The translations under genes and the position numbers were made by a program. From an uncultured Eubacteriales bacterium (GTDB taxonomy: Bacteria > Bacillota > Clostridia > Lachnospirales > Lachnospiraceae), in assembly GCA_900544525.1 (NCBI GenBank), contig UQVN01000001.1, forward strand, positions 1 to 49,884: a stretch of 49,884 bases of DNA, in the 5' to 3' direction. Of this stretch, positions 23,269-32,134 are shown in pieces (position 1 is the stretch's first letter; the number at the start of each line of letters is the position of its first letter). Below the pieces are notes generated by a model. It was given only the letters and a program-made list of their open reading frames with translations. It made no database searches and had not been told where the DNA came from.

Positions 23269-23871
23269 TTATTCTCCTTGCTTCCACTGCTCCCATTTAC
23301 TATGAAGCATTCTTCTTCTTTCTTCCTCTCTTTCTACATGTTGTTTTAACCATTGACGATATTCTCCCATTTCTTCTACAAACGTTAAAAATTCGTCATC
23401 GATAATCCCTTCTATCTGTTCTCTTAAATAGGAAGAAGCACTAGGGCTTGTCCCAGAAGTTGTAATTCCAATGGATACCTCCTTCTTTTTTACAACTGCT
23501 GGAAATAAAAACGTACATAAACTTTTATTATCCACCACATTCACAGGTATCCGTTCTTTTTGACACCAAAGAGCAATCTTTTCATTTACTTCTTTTTGAT
23601 CCGTTGCACATACACACAATGCTATTTCTTCTTCCCCGTCCCACAACTCCTTTTTATCAATTTCTTTCATACTAGAAATTGTTTTCTCTTTAAGAATTAT
23701 CATTCCCTTTTGTTCCATTTGCTTTAGTTGTTGTTGAAAATTTGGCGCAATGATAATTACCTTTGCCCCATAGTCCACTAATACATTTGCCTTTCGAAGA
23801 GCTACTTTTCCGCCTCCAATAATCACACATATCTTTTTCTCTAATTCCATAAACATTGGAAAATATGCCAC
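23269..23871 (-). CDS. sirC: precorrin-2 dehydrogenase / sirohydrochlorin ferrochelatase (CysG N-terminal-domain type)
   Basis: The 200-aa ORF has a Rossmann motif VIIGGGKVALRKANVL followed by GITTSGTSPSAS, as in SirC/Met8/CysG-N. AAGGAGGA lies 9 nt upstream. Confidence 0.85.
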   Translation of the reverse strand: MAYFPMFMELEKKICVIIGGGKVALRKANVLVDYGAKVIIIAPNFQQQLKQMEQKGMIILKEKTISSMKEIDKKELWDGEEEIALCVCATDQKEVNEKIALWCQKERIPVNVVDNKSLCTFLFPAVVKKKEVSIGITTSGTSPSASSYLREQIEGIIDDEFLTFVEEMGEYRQWLKQHVEREEERRRMLHSKWEQWKQGE

Positions 23872-24093
23872 TTTGTATCCTCCTTCTGTTTTCTCTCTTA
23901 ATCACGTTATTTTTCTTATGCTATCTTCTTATGAACTTTCTTGTATATTTTGACATTTTATACTATGATTATTACAAGGCAAAGATTGCCCTTATTATTT
24001 TTATTTCCATATCATTATGATACTGCAAATCATAAAGCTATGACAACCCTAAACACGAAAAAGTACAAAAAGCAATCGATTGGAGGTAATTTA

Positions 24094-25050
24094 ATGGATA
24101 CACAAAAATCAATTGAATATTTTGATTATTGCTATGAGAAGGCATCTTCTATTTTTGAAGAAGTCCGAAAAGTAATTATTGACAAAGAAACCGTTTTATT
24201 AAAAGTTCTTATGACAATTTTAGCAAAAGGCCATGTGCTCATCGATGACGTTCCAGGAGTTGGAAAGACAACACTTGCTGTAGCTTTTTCTAAAGCACTT
24301 CATTTAGAATATCATCGTTTACAATTTACACCTGATATTTTGCCAAGCGATATTGTTGGCTTTTCTATTTATAATAAAAAAACAGAGGATTTTGAATATA
24401 AAAAAGGGGCTGCCTTTTGTAACCTCTTTTTAGCAGATGAAATCAACCGCACATCTCCAAAATCTCAATCCGCCCTATTAGAACTGATGGAAGAAGGACA
24501 AGTTTCCATTGATGGTGTCACTCATGTTCTTCCAAATCCTTTTTTTGTTATTGCCACACAAAATCCAATTGGATCCATCGGAACTCAGCTTCTTCCCGAA
24601 TCTCAAATGGATCGTTTTATGAGCTGTCTTTCTATGGGATATCCAAGTGTTGCCAATGAAATTGAAATACTAAAAGGACGTGAATATAAAAATCCTCTCG
24701 ATGAAGTCCAAGCAATCTCAACCATTGATGATCTTCTACTCATACAGTCTGTAGTAGAAAAAATTTATATTAGCGATCCGATTTATCAATATATCGTTAA
24801 TTTAGCCAATGCTACGAGAAATCACCCTATGATTCGAATCGGTATTAGTCCTCGTGGTTCTCTTGCATTAATGCGTATGGCAAAATCTGCCGCCTTTTTA
24901 AAAGAGCGTGACTTTGTCGTACCAGAAGATATTAAATTAATTTTCTCAGATGTCTGTGCTCATCGCATTGTCCTTGATCCGAAGACAAAAGCGTCTGGCA
25001 TGACAAATGCACAAGTATTATCTCAAATATTAAAAAACGTAAATCCATAG
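24094..25050 (+). CDS. MoxR family AAA+ ATPase
   Basis: Walker A is DDVPGVGKT, Walker B is LFLADEINR, and a sensor region VIATQNP is present. I chose the start at ATG 24094 (MDTQKS...) because GGAGG lies 7 nt upstream. The track extension back to 23941 lacks an RBS and is AT-rich leader-like sequence. Confidence 0.9.
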   Translation: MDTQKSIEYFDYCYEKASSIFEEVRKVIIDKETVLLKVLMTILAKGHVLIDDVPGVGKTTLAVAFSKALHLEYHRLQFTPDILPSDIVGFSIYNKKTEDFEYKKGAAFCNLFLADEINRTSPKSQSALLELMEEGQVSIDGVTHVLPNPFFVIATQNPIGSIGTQLLPESQMDRFMSCLSMGYPSVANEIEILKGREYKNPLDEVQAISTIDDLLLIQSVVEKIYISDPIYQYIVNLANATRNHPMIRIGISPRGSLALMRMAKSAAFLKERDFVVPEDIKLIFSDVCAHRIVLDPKTKASGMTNAQVLSQILKNVNP

Positions 25051-25068
25051 ATAATAAAGGAGTAACCT

Positions 25069-26103
25069 ATGCTATATGCAAAACTTATTTATTTCATTCT
25101 GTTAATGGGACTCTATTTATTTTCTGTTATGTATCTTGATTCTTTAGCGGTGCTTTTATTCGTAACAATGCTCTGTTTACCAGTAGTATTATTTGTTGTT
25201 CATAGAATAACATCTCTTTTCGTATCTTTTTCGATTAAAAGCCCTCCTTCTATTTTAGCAGAACAAGATCAATCTTCTTATTTTATAACAGCAAATAATC
25301 GTTCCCCTTTTCCACTCATTTCATGTGTGGCTTTTGTGGAAATAACAAATGAACTGCTTGGCACAAGTACCATAAAAAAATGCCGTTTTTCATCTTCTGC
25401 TCATAATATTTCCACATTAAAACAATCCATCTCTTTTTCTCAAAGTGGAAACTATACGCTTTGTCTAAAAGAAGTACAAGCCTTTAGTTTTCTCTCCCTA
25501 TTTCGTAAAAGATGGAAATTAAACAAGACCATTTCTCTTATTAAACTACCAGAACAGATCCCAGTCCAGTTAGAAAGGTTATCGCCAAGTACAGTGGCAC
25601 TGGATGGAACTGTATACTCCAAAACAAAGTCTGGAGATGATCCTTCGGAAGTATTTTCCCTTCGAGAATTTCGAACGGGAGATTCCCTTCGCCAAATTCA
25701 CTGGAAATTAAGTACAAAAACGGATACCTTTATCGTCCGTGAAAATAGCCTTCCTCTTTCCGCTGATATTTTTTTACTATCCGCAATCGAGAAAGAAACC
25801 ACTAAAGATTTTGCAAAGCGATTAGAAGAAGGGCTTTCTCTTCTTTTATCTATCAGCCTTTCTCTTTCTAGGCAAGAAATCGGTCATGTTTTTTATTGGT
25901 ATCACGCCTCCCATCAACAATACTATCATAGGAAAATTGAAACGGTAGAAGAGAGTTATCACGCTTTTTATGAATTCTTAAAAACTCCCCTTCCTTTAGA
26001 ACTTCCAAAAAAGCTTCCAGACTCGCTCTCTCATTCTTCTTATTTTAAAGTAAGTTCTAATCCTACCGCTTCTTTTACTTTGGAGGATGCTTATGAATAT
26101 TAA
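25069..26103 (+). CDS. DUF58 domain-containing membrane protein (vWA-like partner of MoxR)
   Basis: Two N-terminal TM helices are followed by the DUF58 signature REFRTGDSLRQIHWKLSTK. AAAGGAG lies upstream, 18 nt after the moxR stop. Confidence 0.8.
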   Translation: MLYAKLIYFILLMGLYLFSVMYLDSLAVLLFVTMLCLPVVLFVVHRITSLFVSFSIKSPPSILAEQDQSSYFITANNRSPFPLISCVAFVEITNELLGTSTIKKCRFSSSAHNISTLKQSISFSQSGNYTLCLKEVQAFSFLSLFRKRWKLNKTISLIKLPEQIPVQLERLSPSTVALDGTVYSKTKSGDDPSEVFSLREFRTGDSLRQIHWKLSTKTDTFIVRENSLPLSADIFLLSAIEKETTKDFAKRLEEGLSLLLSISLSLSRQEIGHVFYWYHASHQQYYHRKIETVEESYHAFYEFLKTPLPLELPKKLPDSLSHSSYFKVSSNPTASFTLEDAYEY

Positions 26104-28435
26104 AACGACAGTCATAGACTTTTTTTATATTGTAATTGGGGCTTTTTGCAGTCTATATTGCTTTATTACAGCATTTGAGATTCCAGTTTCCCCATTGCCA
26201 TTGGCGCTTTTTTGTATCATACCTGCACTTTTTTTATGCGGAAGTTACCATTATTTTGGACATTCGAAAGGAGATATCATTCTTCTCTTTTCCTTACTTT
26301 TTATTGGAATAATGGCCCTTATTTTTCGCACCATCATTCCAGATGCCATTGATTGTAGCACTAGCTATTTTCTGAACAAATTGGCAAAACTAAATGTACT
26401 AAGTAGCACTGTCTCTTTGCCTTTGGAATCTAAGCTATATTCCATTGTGCCATTTTTTTGTGCGATTATGACACTCCTTACACTGCTCCTCGTTATCCTC
26501 ATCCATCGCTTTCGACTGAGCTTTTTCTCTCTTCTTATTACCTTTCCTCTTGTAGAAGTTGGACTATTTTTTGGTGCAGTTCCAAACAAAATCTGCTTCT
26601 TCCTCTATATCATCTTTCTCATTTTGCAGATAGAACGATTCCGTTTTAAAAAGAGAGAAATTCCAAAAGGATTTACGTCTACCCTCGCCATTTGTGTTGG
26701 CATTTGTATCCTGTTTTCGAATGCGTTATTGATCAAAACCGATTATCAAAGACCTTTAAAATGGAATTCCATGCGAAATGCGACTATTGCAAGAGACTAT
26801 GAAACTTTAGGGAACTTAATGGGCATTGATTTAGAAAGTCTTTTTTCGGCTTTCAATAGTACTGGGAATGGTATCAATGCAGGGGATCTTTCCAATCTTG
26901 GGAATAAATCAAAAAGCACGAAAACTGCGTTAAAAGTTACCCTTCCTCATTCTTATACAACGGTATATTTAAGAGGATATGCTAGCTCTTACTATACAAA
27001 AAATCATTGGGGTATCCGAGAAAATGCGGAATACGATTCTCTTTTATCTTCTTATGAAAAAGAATCATCATTTCCTCTCACACCATTAGAGCTTTTTTCC
27101 TACTCCCAAACACTTCCTTACCTTTATCAAACGAATATTACAATCGAGCCAAAGAGAGCGGATAAATCCTATGCTTACGTTCCCTATTCTATGCTTCCAA
27201 ATGATTCGGTCACAGAGGTACAAGATCTCTATTATAAACCAAAGTCTGACACAAAACAGTCTTATACGATTCCAGTTGGAACGTATTTAACGGGAACTGA
27301 AATTAAAGACTCCACTTTTTATGCTTTAAGTGAAAGTTCCTCTACATCTGCTTCTTTTTTCCATTCTACTACAAAGTACGACGCTGTACTGGATGCCTAT
27401 TCCGCTCATTTTTCAGAGGATTACTTAACCATTTCCAAAAGCCTAGCAAGTGCTCTTTCTCCAATTGTAGAAGCATTAGAAACTAAGGCTAATTACATGC
27501 CAACAAACTATCCAGAAACCGTACAAAGTTATTTAGAACATATTTATACCTACACACTGACACCGAAAAAAGCGCCAAAAAATGAGGATGCCACCTTATA
27601 CTTTTTACAGGAATCCCGTGAAGGATACTGCGTTCATTTTGCCTCTTCAGCCACGTTACTTCTTCGAGCTATGGGAATTCCTGCTCGCTATGTGGAAGGC
27701 TATGTCATTTCTCCAAACGATTTTTCAAAAGGAAGTTTTGATGCAGAAACAGGACAGTATACCGTAAATGTTCCAGAATCCAATGCACACGCTTGGACAG
27801 AATATTATACGGCAGATAACGGATGGCAAATACTTGACGCAACTCCAGGCTATACGGAATCTTCCATCGCCTCGGATCCAGAAACCTCTTCTGAAAGTAC
27901 GACCGCTTCTACGGAAGAAGTGCCGACCGAGCAAGAGGCAACAAGTGAAGCTGCTTCTACTGCAACTACAGCAGATAGCGATAATCGAAACAAAGCAGAT
28001 GAACACAAAACAGACACGAATGGATTTTCTTTCCAAACATGGTTCAAGCAACAGTCATTCGTCACAAAACTAATGCTTTCCATCTTTGGACTCTTTCTTC
28101 TTTTTGTCCTGCTTTGTCTGATAAGACGAGGAATCCTTGTGCAGATCCGTCATTATCACTGGCATGGAGAAGATGCAAATAAAAATGCCATTGCTATGCT
28201 TTCTTTCCTCACGTATCTCTTTACCATTTCTCCTCCTAGTAAGGCAGAACAAAAGATATGGGAAGAACGTATGAAACCTTTTTTTGATCTGGCACGTTAT
28301 AGTCAACATACAATAACAAAAGAGCAACTGGTGGAAATTGAAACGATGGTCGTTGCAACCCAAAAGAAACTAAAAAAACAACTTCCATTCCTCAAACGGC
28401 TCTATCATCAATATTTAGCTAGAAGAATTTTATAA
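26093..28435 (+). CDS. polytopic transglutaminase-like (TgpA-like) membrane protein with a DUF4129-like C-terminal tail
   Basis: There are about 6-7 N-terminal TM helices. A transglutaminase core follows, with Cys (EGYCVHFASS), His (NAHAWTEYY) and Asp (ILDATPG). Then comes an S/T/E-rich linker, one more TM helix and a tail containing FDLARYSQH. I chose the start at ATG 26093 because GGAGG lies 6 nt upstream. It overlaps the DUF58 gene by 11 nt. Confidence 0.8.
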   Translation: MNIKTTVIDFFYIVIGAFCSLYCFITAFEIPVSPLPLALFCIIPALFLCGSYHYFGHSKGDIILLFSLLFIGIMALIFRTIIPDAIDCSTSYFLNKLAKLNVLSSTVSLPLESKLYSIVPFFCAIMTLLTLLLVILIHRFRLSFFSLLITFPLVEVGLFFGAVPNKICFFLYIIFLILQIERFRFKKREIPKGFTSTLAICVGICILFSNALLIKTDYQRPLKWNSMRNATIARDYETLGNLMGIDLESLFSAFNSTGNGINAGDLSNLGNKSKSTKTALKVTLPHSYTTVYLRGYASSYYTKNHWGIRENAEYDSLLSSYEKESSFPLTPLELFSYSQTLPYLYQTNITIEPKRADKSYAYVPYSMLPNDSVTEVQDLYYKPKSDTKQSYTIPVGTYLTGTEIKDSTFYALSESSSTSASFFHSTTKYDAVLDAYSAHFSEDYLTISKSLASALSPIVEALETKANYMPTNYPETVQSYLEHIYTYTLTPKKAPKNEDATLYFLQESREGYCVHFASSATLLLRAMGIPARYVEGYVISPNDFSKGSFDAETGQYTVNVPESNAHAWTEYYTADNGWQILDATPGYTESSIASDPETSSESTTASTEEVPTEQEATSEAASTATTADSDNRNKADEHKTDTNGFSFQTWFKQQSFVTKLMLSIFGLFLLFVLLCLIRRGILVQIRHYHWHGEDANKNAIAMLSFLTYLFTISPPSKAEQKIWEERMKPFFDLARYSQHTITKEQLVEIETMVVATQKKLKKQLPFLKRLYHQYLARRIL

Positions 28436-28472
28436 TTCCTTATAGTTTTGAAATATTTTTTGTCTAAATAAT

Positions 28473-28501
28473 TCGATTATCCACATATTTTGTGATATAA
28501 T
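28473..28501 (+). promoter_or_regulatory. candidate extended -10 promoter for upp
   Basis: TGaTATAAT lies at 28493-28501. The -35 (TCGATT/TTCGAT) is weak. The element is about 70 nt upstream of the upp ATG. Confidence 0.4.
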
Positions 28502-28573
28502 GAGCGTTAGCGAGCGGGAACAGGCTTTGCCTATTCATCAATCATTTGTATTATAGTTTGGAGGTATTATATT

Positions 28574-29203
28574 ATGAGTAAAGTTGTTGTAATGGACCAT
28601 CCATTAATTCAACATAAAATCGGAATTATGAGAAGGGAAGATACATCGACAAAAGAGTTTCGTGCTCTTGCTAGTGAAGTTGCTATGCTTATCTGCTATG
28701 AAGCAACTCGCAATCTTCCTCTTGCAGATATTAAAATCAAAACACCACTTGTAGAAACAACAACAAAAGAAATCGCTGGAAAAAAACTCTGCGTCGTTCC
28801 AATTCTCCGTGCTGGACTTCATATGGCAGACGGTATTTTAAATTTAATTCCAAATGCAAAAGTGGGGCATATCGGTCTTTATCGTGATGAAGAAACATTA
28901 CAGCCTGTAGAATACTTTTACAAGCTTCCTTCTGACGCTAATGAAAGAGATATTTATGTAGTCGATCCTATGTTAGCAACTGGGGGTTCTGCTATTTCAG
29001 CTATCGATCAGTTAAAAGCAAGAGGCATTACAAAAATCACTTTCCTTTGTTTAATTGCTGCTCCTGAGGGCGTAAAAGCACTTCAGACTGCTCACCCTGA
29101 TGTGGATATTTATATTGGTGCGTTAGATGAATGTCTCAATGAACATGGCTATATTCTTCCAGGTCTTGGCGATGCTGGAGACCGTATTTACGGAACAAAG
29201 TAA
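28574..29203 (+). CDS. upp: uracil phosphoribosyltransferase
   Basis: The 209-aa ORF has a PRPP-binding motif [12 protein letters not shown] and a C-terminal segment [21 protein letters not shown] lies upstream. Confidence 0.95.
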   Translation: MSKVVVMDHPLIQHKIGIMRREDTSTKEFRALASEVAMLICYEATRNLPLADIKIKTPLVETTTKEIAGKKLCVVPILRAGLHMADGILNLIPNAKVGHIGLYRDEETLQPVEYFYKLPSDANERDIYVVDPMLATGGSAISAIDQLKARGITKITFLCLIAAPEGVKALQTAHPDVDIYIGALDECLNEHGYILPGLGDAGDRIYGTK

Positions 29204-29252
29204 TAAGCAGACTTTTATGTGATAGGAAACGAAATTTTCTATGGCACAAAAA

Positions 29253-29298
29253 AACACCTCAAAATATTAGAGTTTTTCTAATATTTTGGGGTGTTTTC
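29253..29298. terminator. bidirectional intrinsic terminator between the convergent upp and rpiB genes
   Basis: An 18-bp stem pairs aacacctcaaaatattag (29253-29270) with ctaatattttggggtgtt (29278-29295), including one G-T pair. An A-run lies upstream and a T-run downstream. Confidence 0.85.
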
Positions 29299-29308
29299 AT
29301 CATTCTAC

Positions 29309-29749
29309 TTATTCTGTTTCAATTGCCATAATCTGATCTACTCTTCTTTGGTGTCTTCCACCTTCAAATTCCGCATCTAACCATGCATCTACGATCATTT
29401 TTGCTAATTCCACTCCGATTACTCTTGCACCAAAAGATAATACATTTGTATTATTGTGCATTTTAGATAATTTTGCAGAATATGGTTCGCTACATACAAC
29501 TGCACGAACTCCTTTTACTTTATTTGCCGCAAGTGAAATTCCAACACCTGTTCCACAGATTGTAATACCAAGATCCGCTTCTCCAGAAACAACAGCACGT
29601 CCTACTTTTTCTCCATACACTGGATAGTCACAGCTTTCTGTAGAATCTGTTCCAAGATTTAACACTTCATGTCCTTTTGCTTCTAAATACGCTTTTATTT
29701 CATTTTTCATTTCCACTGCGGAATGATCATTACCCATTGCAATTTTCAT
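29309..29749 (-). CDS. rpiB: ribose-5-phosphate isomerase B
   Basis: The RpiB/LacAB family segments MKIAMGNDHSA and ICGTGVGISLAANK are present. I chose the start at ATG 29749 because AGGAGG lies upstream. The track start at 29779 adds 10 residues and has no RBS. Confidence 0.92.
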   Translation of the reverse strand: MKIAMGNDHSAVEMKNEIKAYLEAKGHEVLNLGTDSTESCDYPVYGEKVGRAVVSGEADLGITICGTGVGISLAANKVKGVRAVVCSEPYSAKLSKMHNNTNVLSFGARVIGVELAKMIVDAWLDAEFEGGRHQRRVDQIMAIETE

Positions 29750-29863
29750 TACAATCTTCCTCCTACGATTCTCTTTCACAAACTTTTTATCATTTATGAC
29801 AATTTATTTTTTCCTGTCTTATCATATCACAACCGATCTTTTGTTTCAACCATCATCTTTTAT

Positions 29864-30985
29864 CTACCACGCATTATCCATGGCAACCGAAAGGGTAAAC
29901 CCTTGAAACTTTCTCTTATCCACTAAAATTTTACCACCAAGTGATGATAAATATGCACACGCGGTAGAAACAGAAGCAACTCCTACTGTTTGATTGACAA
30001 AATCCGATTGTTTTATTCCTAATTTCTCTAAATCTAACTGTTTAATCGCTTCTTCTGTTTGTATCATTAATGGAATTTGATATTCTTTTAAAAGATATTG
30101 AACCGCGCCTTCTTCTGATTTTCTTGGAATTGTAGAAAGTCCCTTCAAAGACAAAGGACTAAGATTTTCTTCTCGTAAAAGAACTTCTAGCGCTTCTTTT
30201 ACCCCTATTTCATCCCGATTTTTTTTACAACCAATTCCAATGGTAATCGCCTTAGGGCGTAAATATAAAATATGTTGTTCCATTGTTTTTCCTATTTTGC
30301 TTTCATCACTTGATACGCTTTTCCCATTTTCTTCCTTTTGTAAATACGGAGAAATAACAACTCCTTCGCTTCCTGTTATTTTCTCTACAAAACGAATAGG
30401 AAACTTCTGGTTATTTTCTTTCCTACGATTTTCCTCTTTGTCTCCCATAGAAAGAGTCACGATTGCTTGCTTTAATTTTTCCTTTATTTCTTCACTTTTA
30501 CATATAACTTCCACACTTTTTCCTTGTAAAAGTGCACCGCTAATATATTTTAACTGATCGATATTTTCGATTGCCATTTGATGTTCTTTTGCAAATAGAT
30601 CAAATGCTAATACCCGTTCTACATCGGTTGCTGTTGTAAGAACCGCCTGTCCTTTTGTAATTTGTGCAACGATTTTAGCCAATTCATTTGCCCCTCCTAA
30701 ATGCCCTGATAATAAACTGATACAATACTTCCCCCTTTGATCTAATACGACAATTGCTGGATCTTTTGCCTTATGGACAACATATGGCGCGATCATTCGC
30801 ACAACAATTCCCGTTGCCATCACAAAAATAATTCCATCATATTCTTTCATGGCGATTGCAATATTCTCTTTTAAATCTTCTTTCCCATAACACGTTCCGC
30901 CAAGCACCTCTTGTATTTGCTCTGTTAACTGCTTTCCCTGTTCTGTTACATAAAAATAAGCTAATTTCACGTTTTTACCTTTCAC
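29864..30985 (-). CDS. cbiG: cobalt-precorrin-5A hydrolase
   Basis: The 373-aa ORF has CbiG N-terminal (GIVVRMIAPYV..DPAVVVLD-like, LLSGHLGGAN), middle and C-terminal (IGIGCKK..., VGVASVSTACA) regions. The start codon at 30985 is GTG, and GTG 30970 is an equally plausible start. Confidence 0.85.
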   Translation of the reverse strand: MKGKNVKLAYFYVTEQGKQLTEQIQEVLGGTCYGKEDLKENIAIAMKEYDGIIFVMATGIVVRMIAPYVVHKAKDPAIVVLDQRGKYCISLLSGHLGGANELAKIVAQITKGQAVLTTATDVERVLAFDLFAKEHQMAIENIDQLKYISGALLQGKSVEVICKSEEIKEKLKQAIVTLSMGDKEENRRKENNQKFPIRFVEKITGSEGVVISPYLQKEENGKSVSSDESKIGKTMEQHILYLRPKAITIGIGCKKNRDEIGVKEALEVLLREENLSPLSLKGLSTIPRKSEEGAVQYLLKEYQIPLMIQTEEAIKQLDLEKLGIKQSDFVNQTVGVASVSTACAYLSSLGGKILVDKRKFQGFTLSVAMDNAW

Positions 30986-31033
30986 TTCCTAGTATATTAG
31001 ATTTTCTATATTTAAAAAGTATTTATTCTCTTC

Positions 31034-32134
31034 TTATTTTAATCGCTGTGGAATCCCTGCGATCACCCGATAAACCTCATCTGCTTGTTCGGCCAGTTTA
31101 CAAGTCATTCGGCCTGTTAATTCTCGATACCGTCTATGATTTCTTTCCATTGGTACCATCCCGTATCCTATTTCATCCACAATAAGAATTGGATTTTTTC
31201 CATTTTCCCACAGTTTTTCTATTTTAACCCAACATTTTTCCAGATCTTGTTGAGAAGTTTGGCTTTCCTCTTCTACTTCATGCTGACAATACCATTCCAC
31301 CATCTTTTCTATATGAGCAACTAATTTTGATTGATAGAGTGTTTTTGTTTCCTTCTTAAAATCACTTTTTCTAACATCGAAACAATCCTCTTTTGGAATC
31401 TGCCAATACTCTTTTGCCCATTTTGTTTTTCCTTGAAACGCGCCTCCTAGAACCAAGATTTTTTTCTCTAACATACTCTCTTCTCTTTCTCCTTTGTCCC
31501 AAATTTCTTTCCCTTTTATAGTGGTACACCTAGACTTTTCTTGTATTTCGAAACATTCCATTTGCTTATGAAGGATTGGAACGCCAGCAATAACTTCATA
31601 TACCTTCTTAGCATGATTTGCTAACCTTTGATTTAGCAGTCCTAGATTCCTTGTATAAATAGCAGAATCCTCCCACTTTGGCAATGGTTCTGAAAAAATT
31701 TCATTGGTAACAATCACAAGATGTTGGCATTGTTCCTCTAAATGTAAAATTCCCTGATAAATTTTTTGAACAATGGCTGGAAACACTATCTCTTTCTCAT
31801 TTTTTAATGGGACTCTTGCTTCTTCCTCATTACCCTCTTCTATTTCTGGGTACATTTCATTTGCCAATAAATTGGATAAACATTCAAGTAAGACACAACA
31901 GTCTTTTGTCGATAATTTTAATTGTTCTATCTTTTCATAACATTCAATCGTTTGAAAACCTTTTTGGTATCGTTGTTCTTTATGACGAGTGATCTTTTTT
32001 TTCGTCTCTTCTCCATACGGTTTCATTGTTGCAAGATAGACTAAATCTTGCTCATCTTTTCTTTTTTTATCAATATATTGTTCTGCGAACAAAGATTTTC
32101 CGCTCCCACTAGCTCCCGTAATTAAAGTCATCAT
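31034..32134 (-). CDS. cobU: adenosylcobinamide kinase / adenosylcobinamide-phosphate guanylyltransferase, tandem two-module form
   Basis: At 366 aa it is about twice the usual 180-190 aa. Module 1 (residues 1 to about 190) has the P-loop GASGSGKS, a YLAT motif, KITRHKEQR (the His context of the guanylyl-enzyme intermediate) and VTNEI...NQRLANHAKKVYEVIAGVP. Module 2 (residues about 225 to 366) has a P-loop-like GGAFQGKT and IVDEIGYGMVPMERNHRRYRELTGRMTCKLAEQADEVYRVIAGIP. Confidence 0.85.
   Translation of the reverse strand: MMTLITGASGSGKSLFAEQYIDKKRKDEQDLVYLATMKPYGEETKKKITRHKEQRYQKGFQTIECYEKIEQLKLSTKDCCVLLECLSNLLANEMYPEIEEGNEEEARVPLKNEKEIVFPAIVQKIYQGILHLEEQCQHLVIVTNEIFSEPLPKWEDSAIYTRNLGLLNQRLANHAKKVYEVIAGVPILHKQMECFEIQEKSRCTTIKGKEIWDKGEREESMLEKKILVLGGAFQGKTKWAKEYWQIPKEDCFDVRKSDFKKETKTLYQSKLVAHIEKMVEWYCQHEVEEESQTSQQDLEKCWVKIEKLWENGKNPILIVDEIGYGMVPMERNHRRYRELTGRMTCKLAEQADEVYRVIAGIPQRLK

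Noticed and set aside
23941-24093. 51-codon N-terminal extension of the MoxR ORF in the track
   Set aside because: There is no RBS at 23941, and the extension is hydrophobic, AT-rich, leader-like sequence. A GGAGG with proper spacing precedes ATG 24094, which gives a normal-length MoxR of 318 aa.
23872-24093. Possible cobalamin riboswitch upstream of sirC
   Set aside because: The region is AT-rich. I could not see a B12-box or the GC-rich paired elements expected for this riboswitch. It contains only a small hairpin (aaggcaa/ttgccctt). A covariance-model scan is needed to be definitive.
27725-28083. Cluster of overlapping ORFs on both strands (27725..28051 minus, 27768..28073 plus, 27850..28083 minus)
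   Set aside because: They all fall in the compositionally biased S/T/E-rich linker of the TgpA-like gene. Repetitive GAA/GCA/ACN codons keep several frames open by chance.
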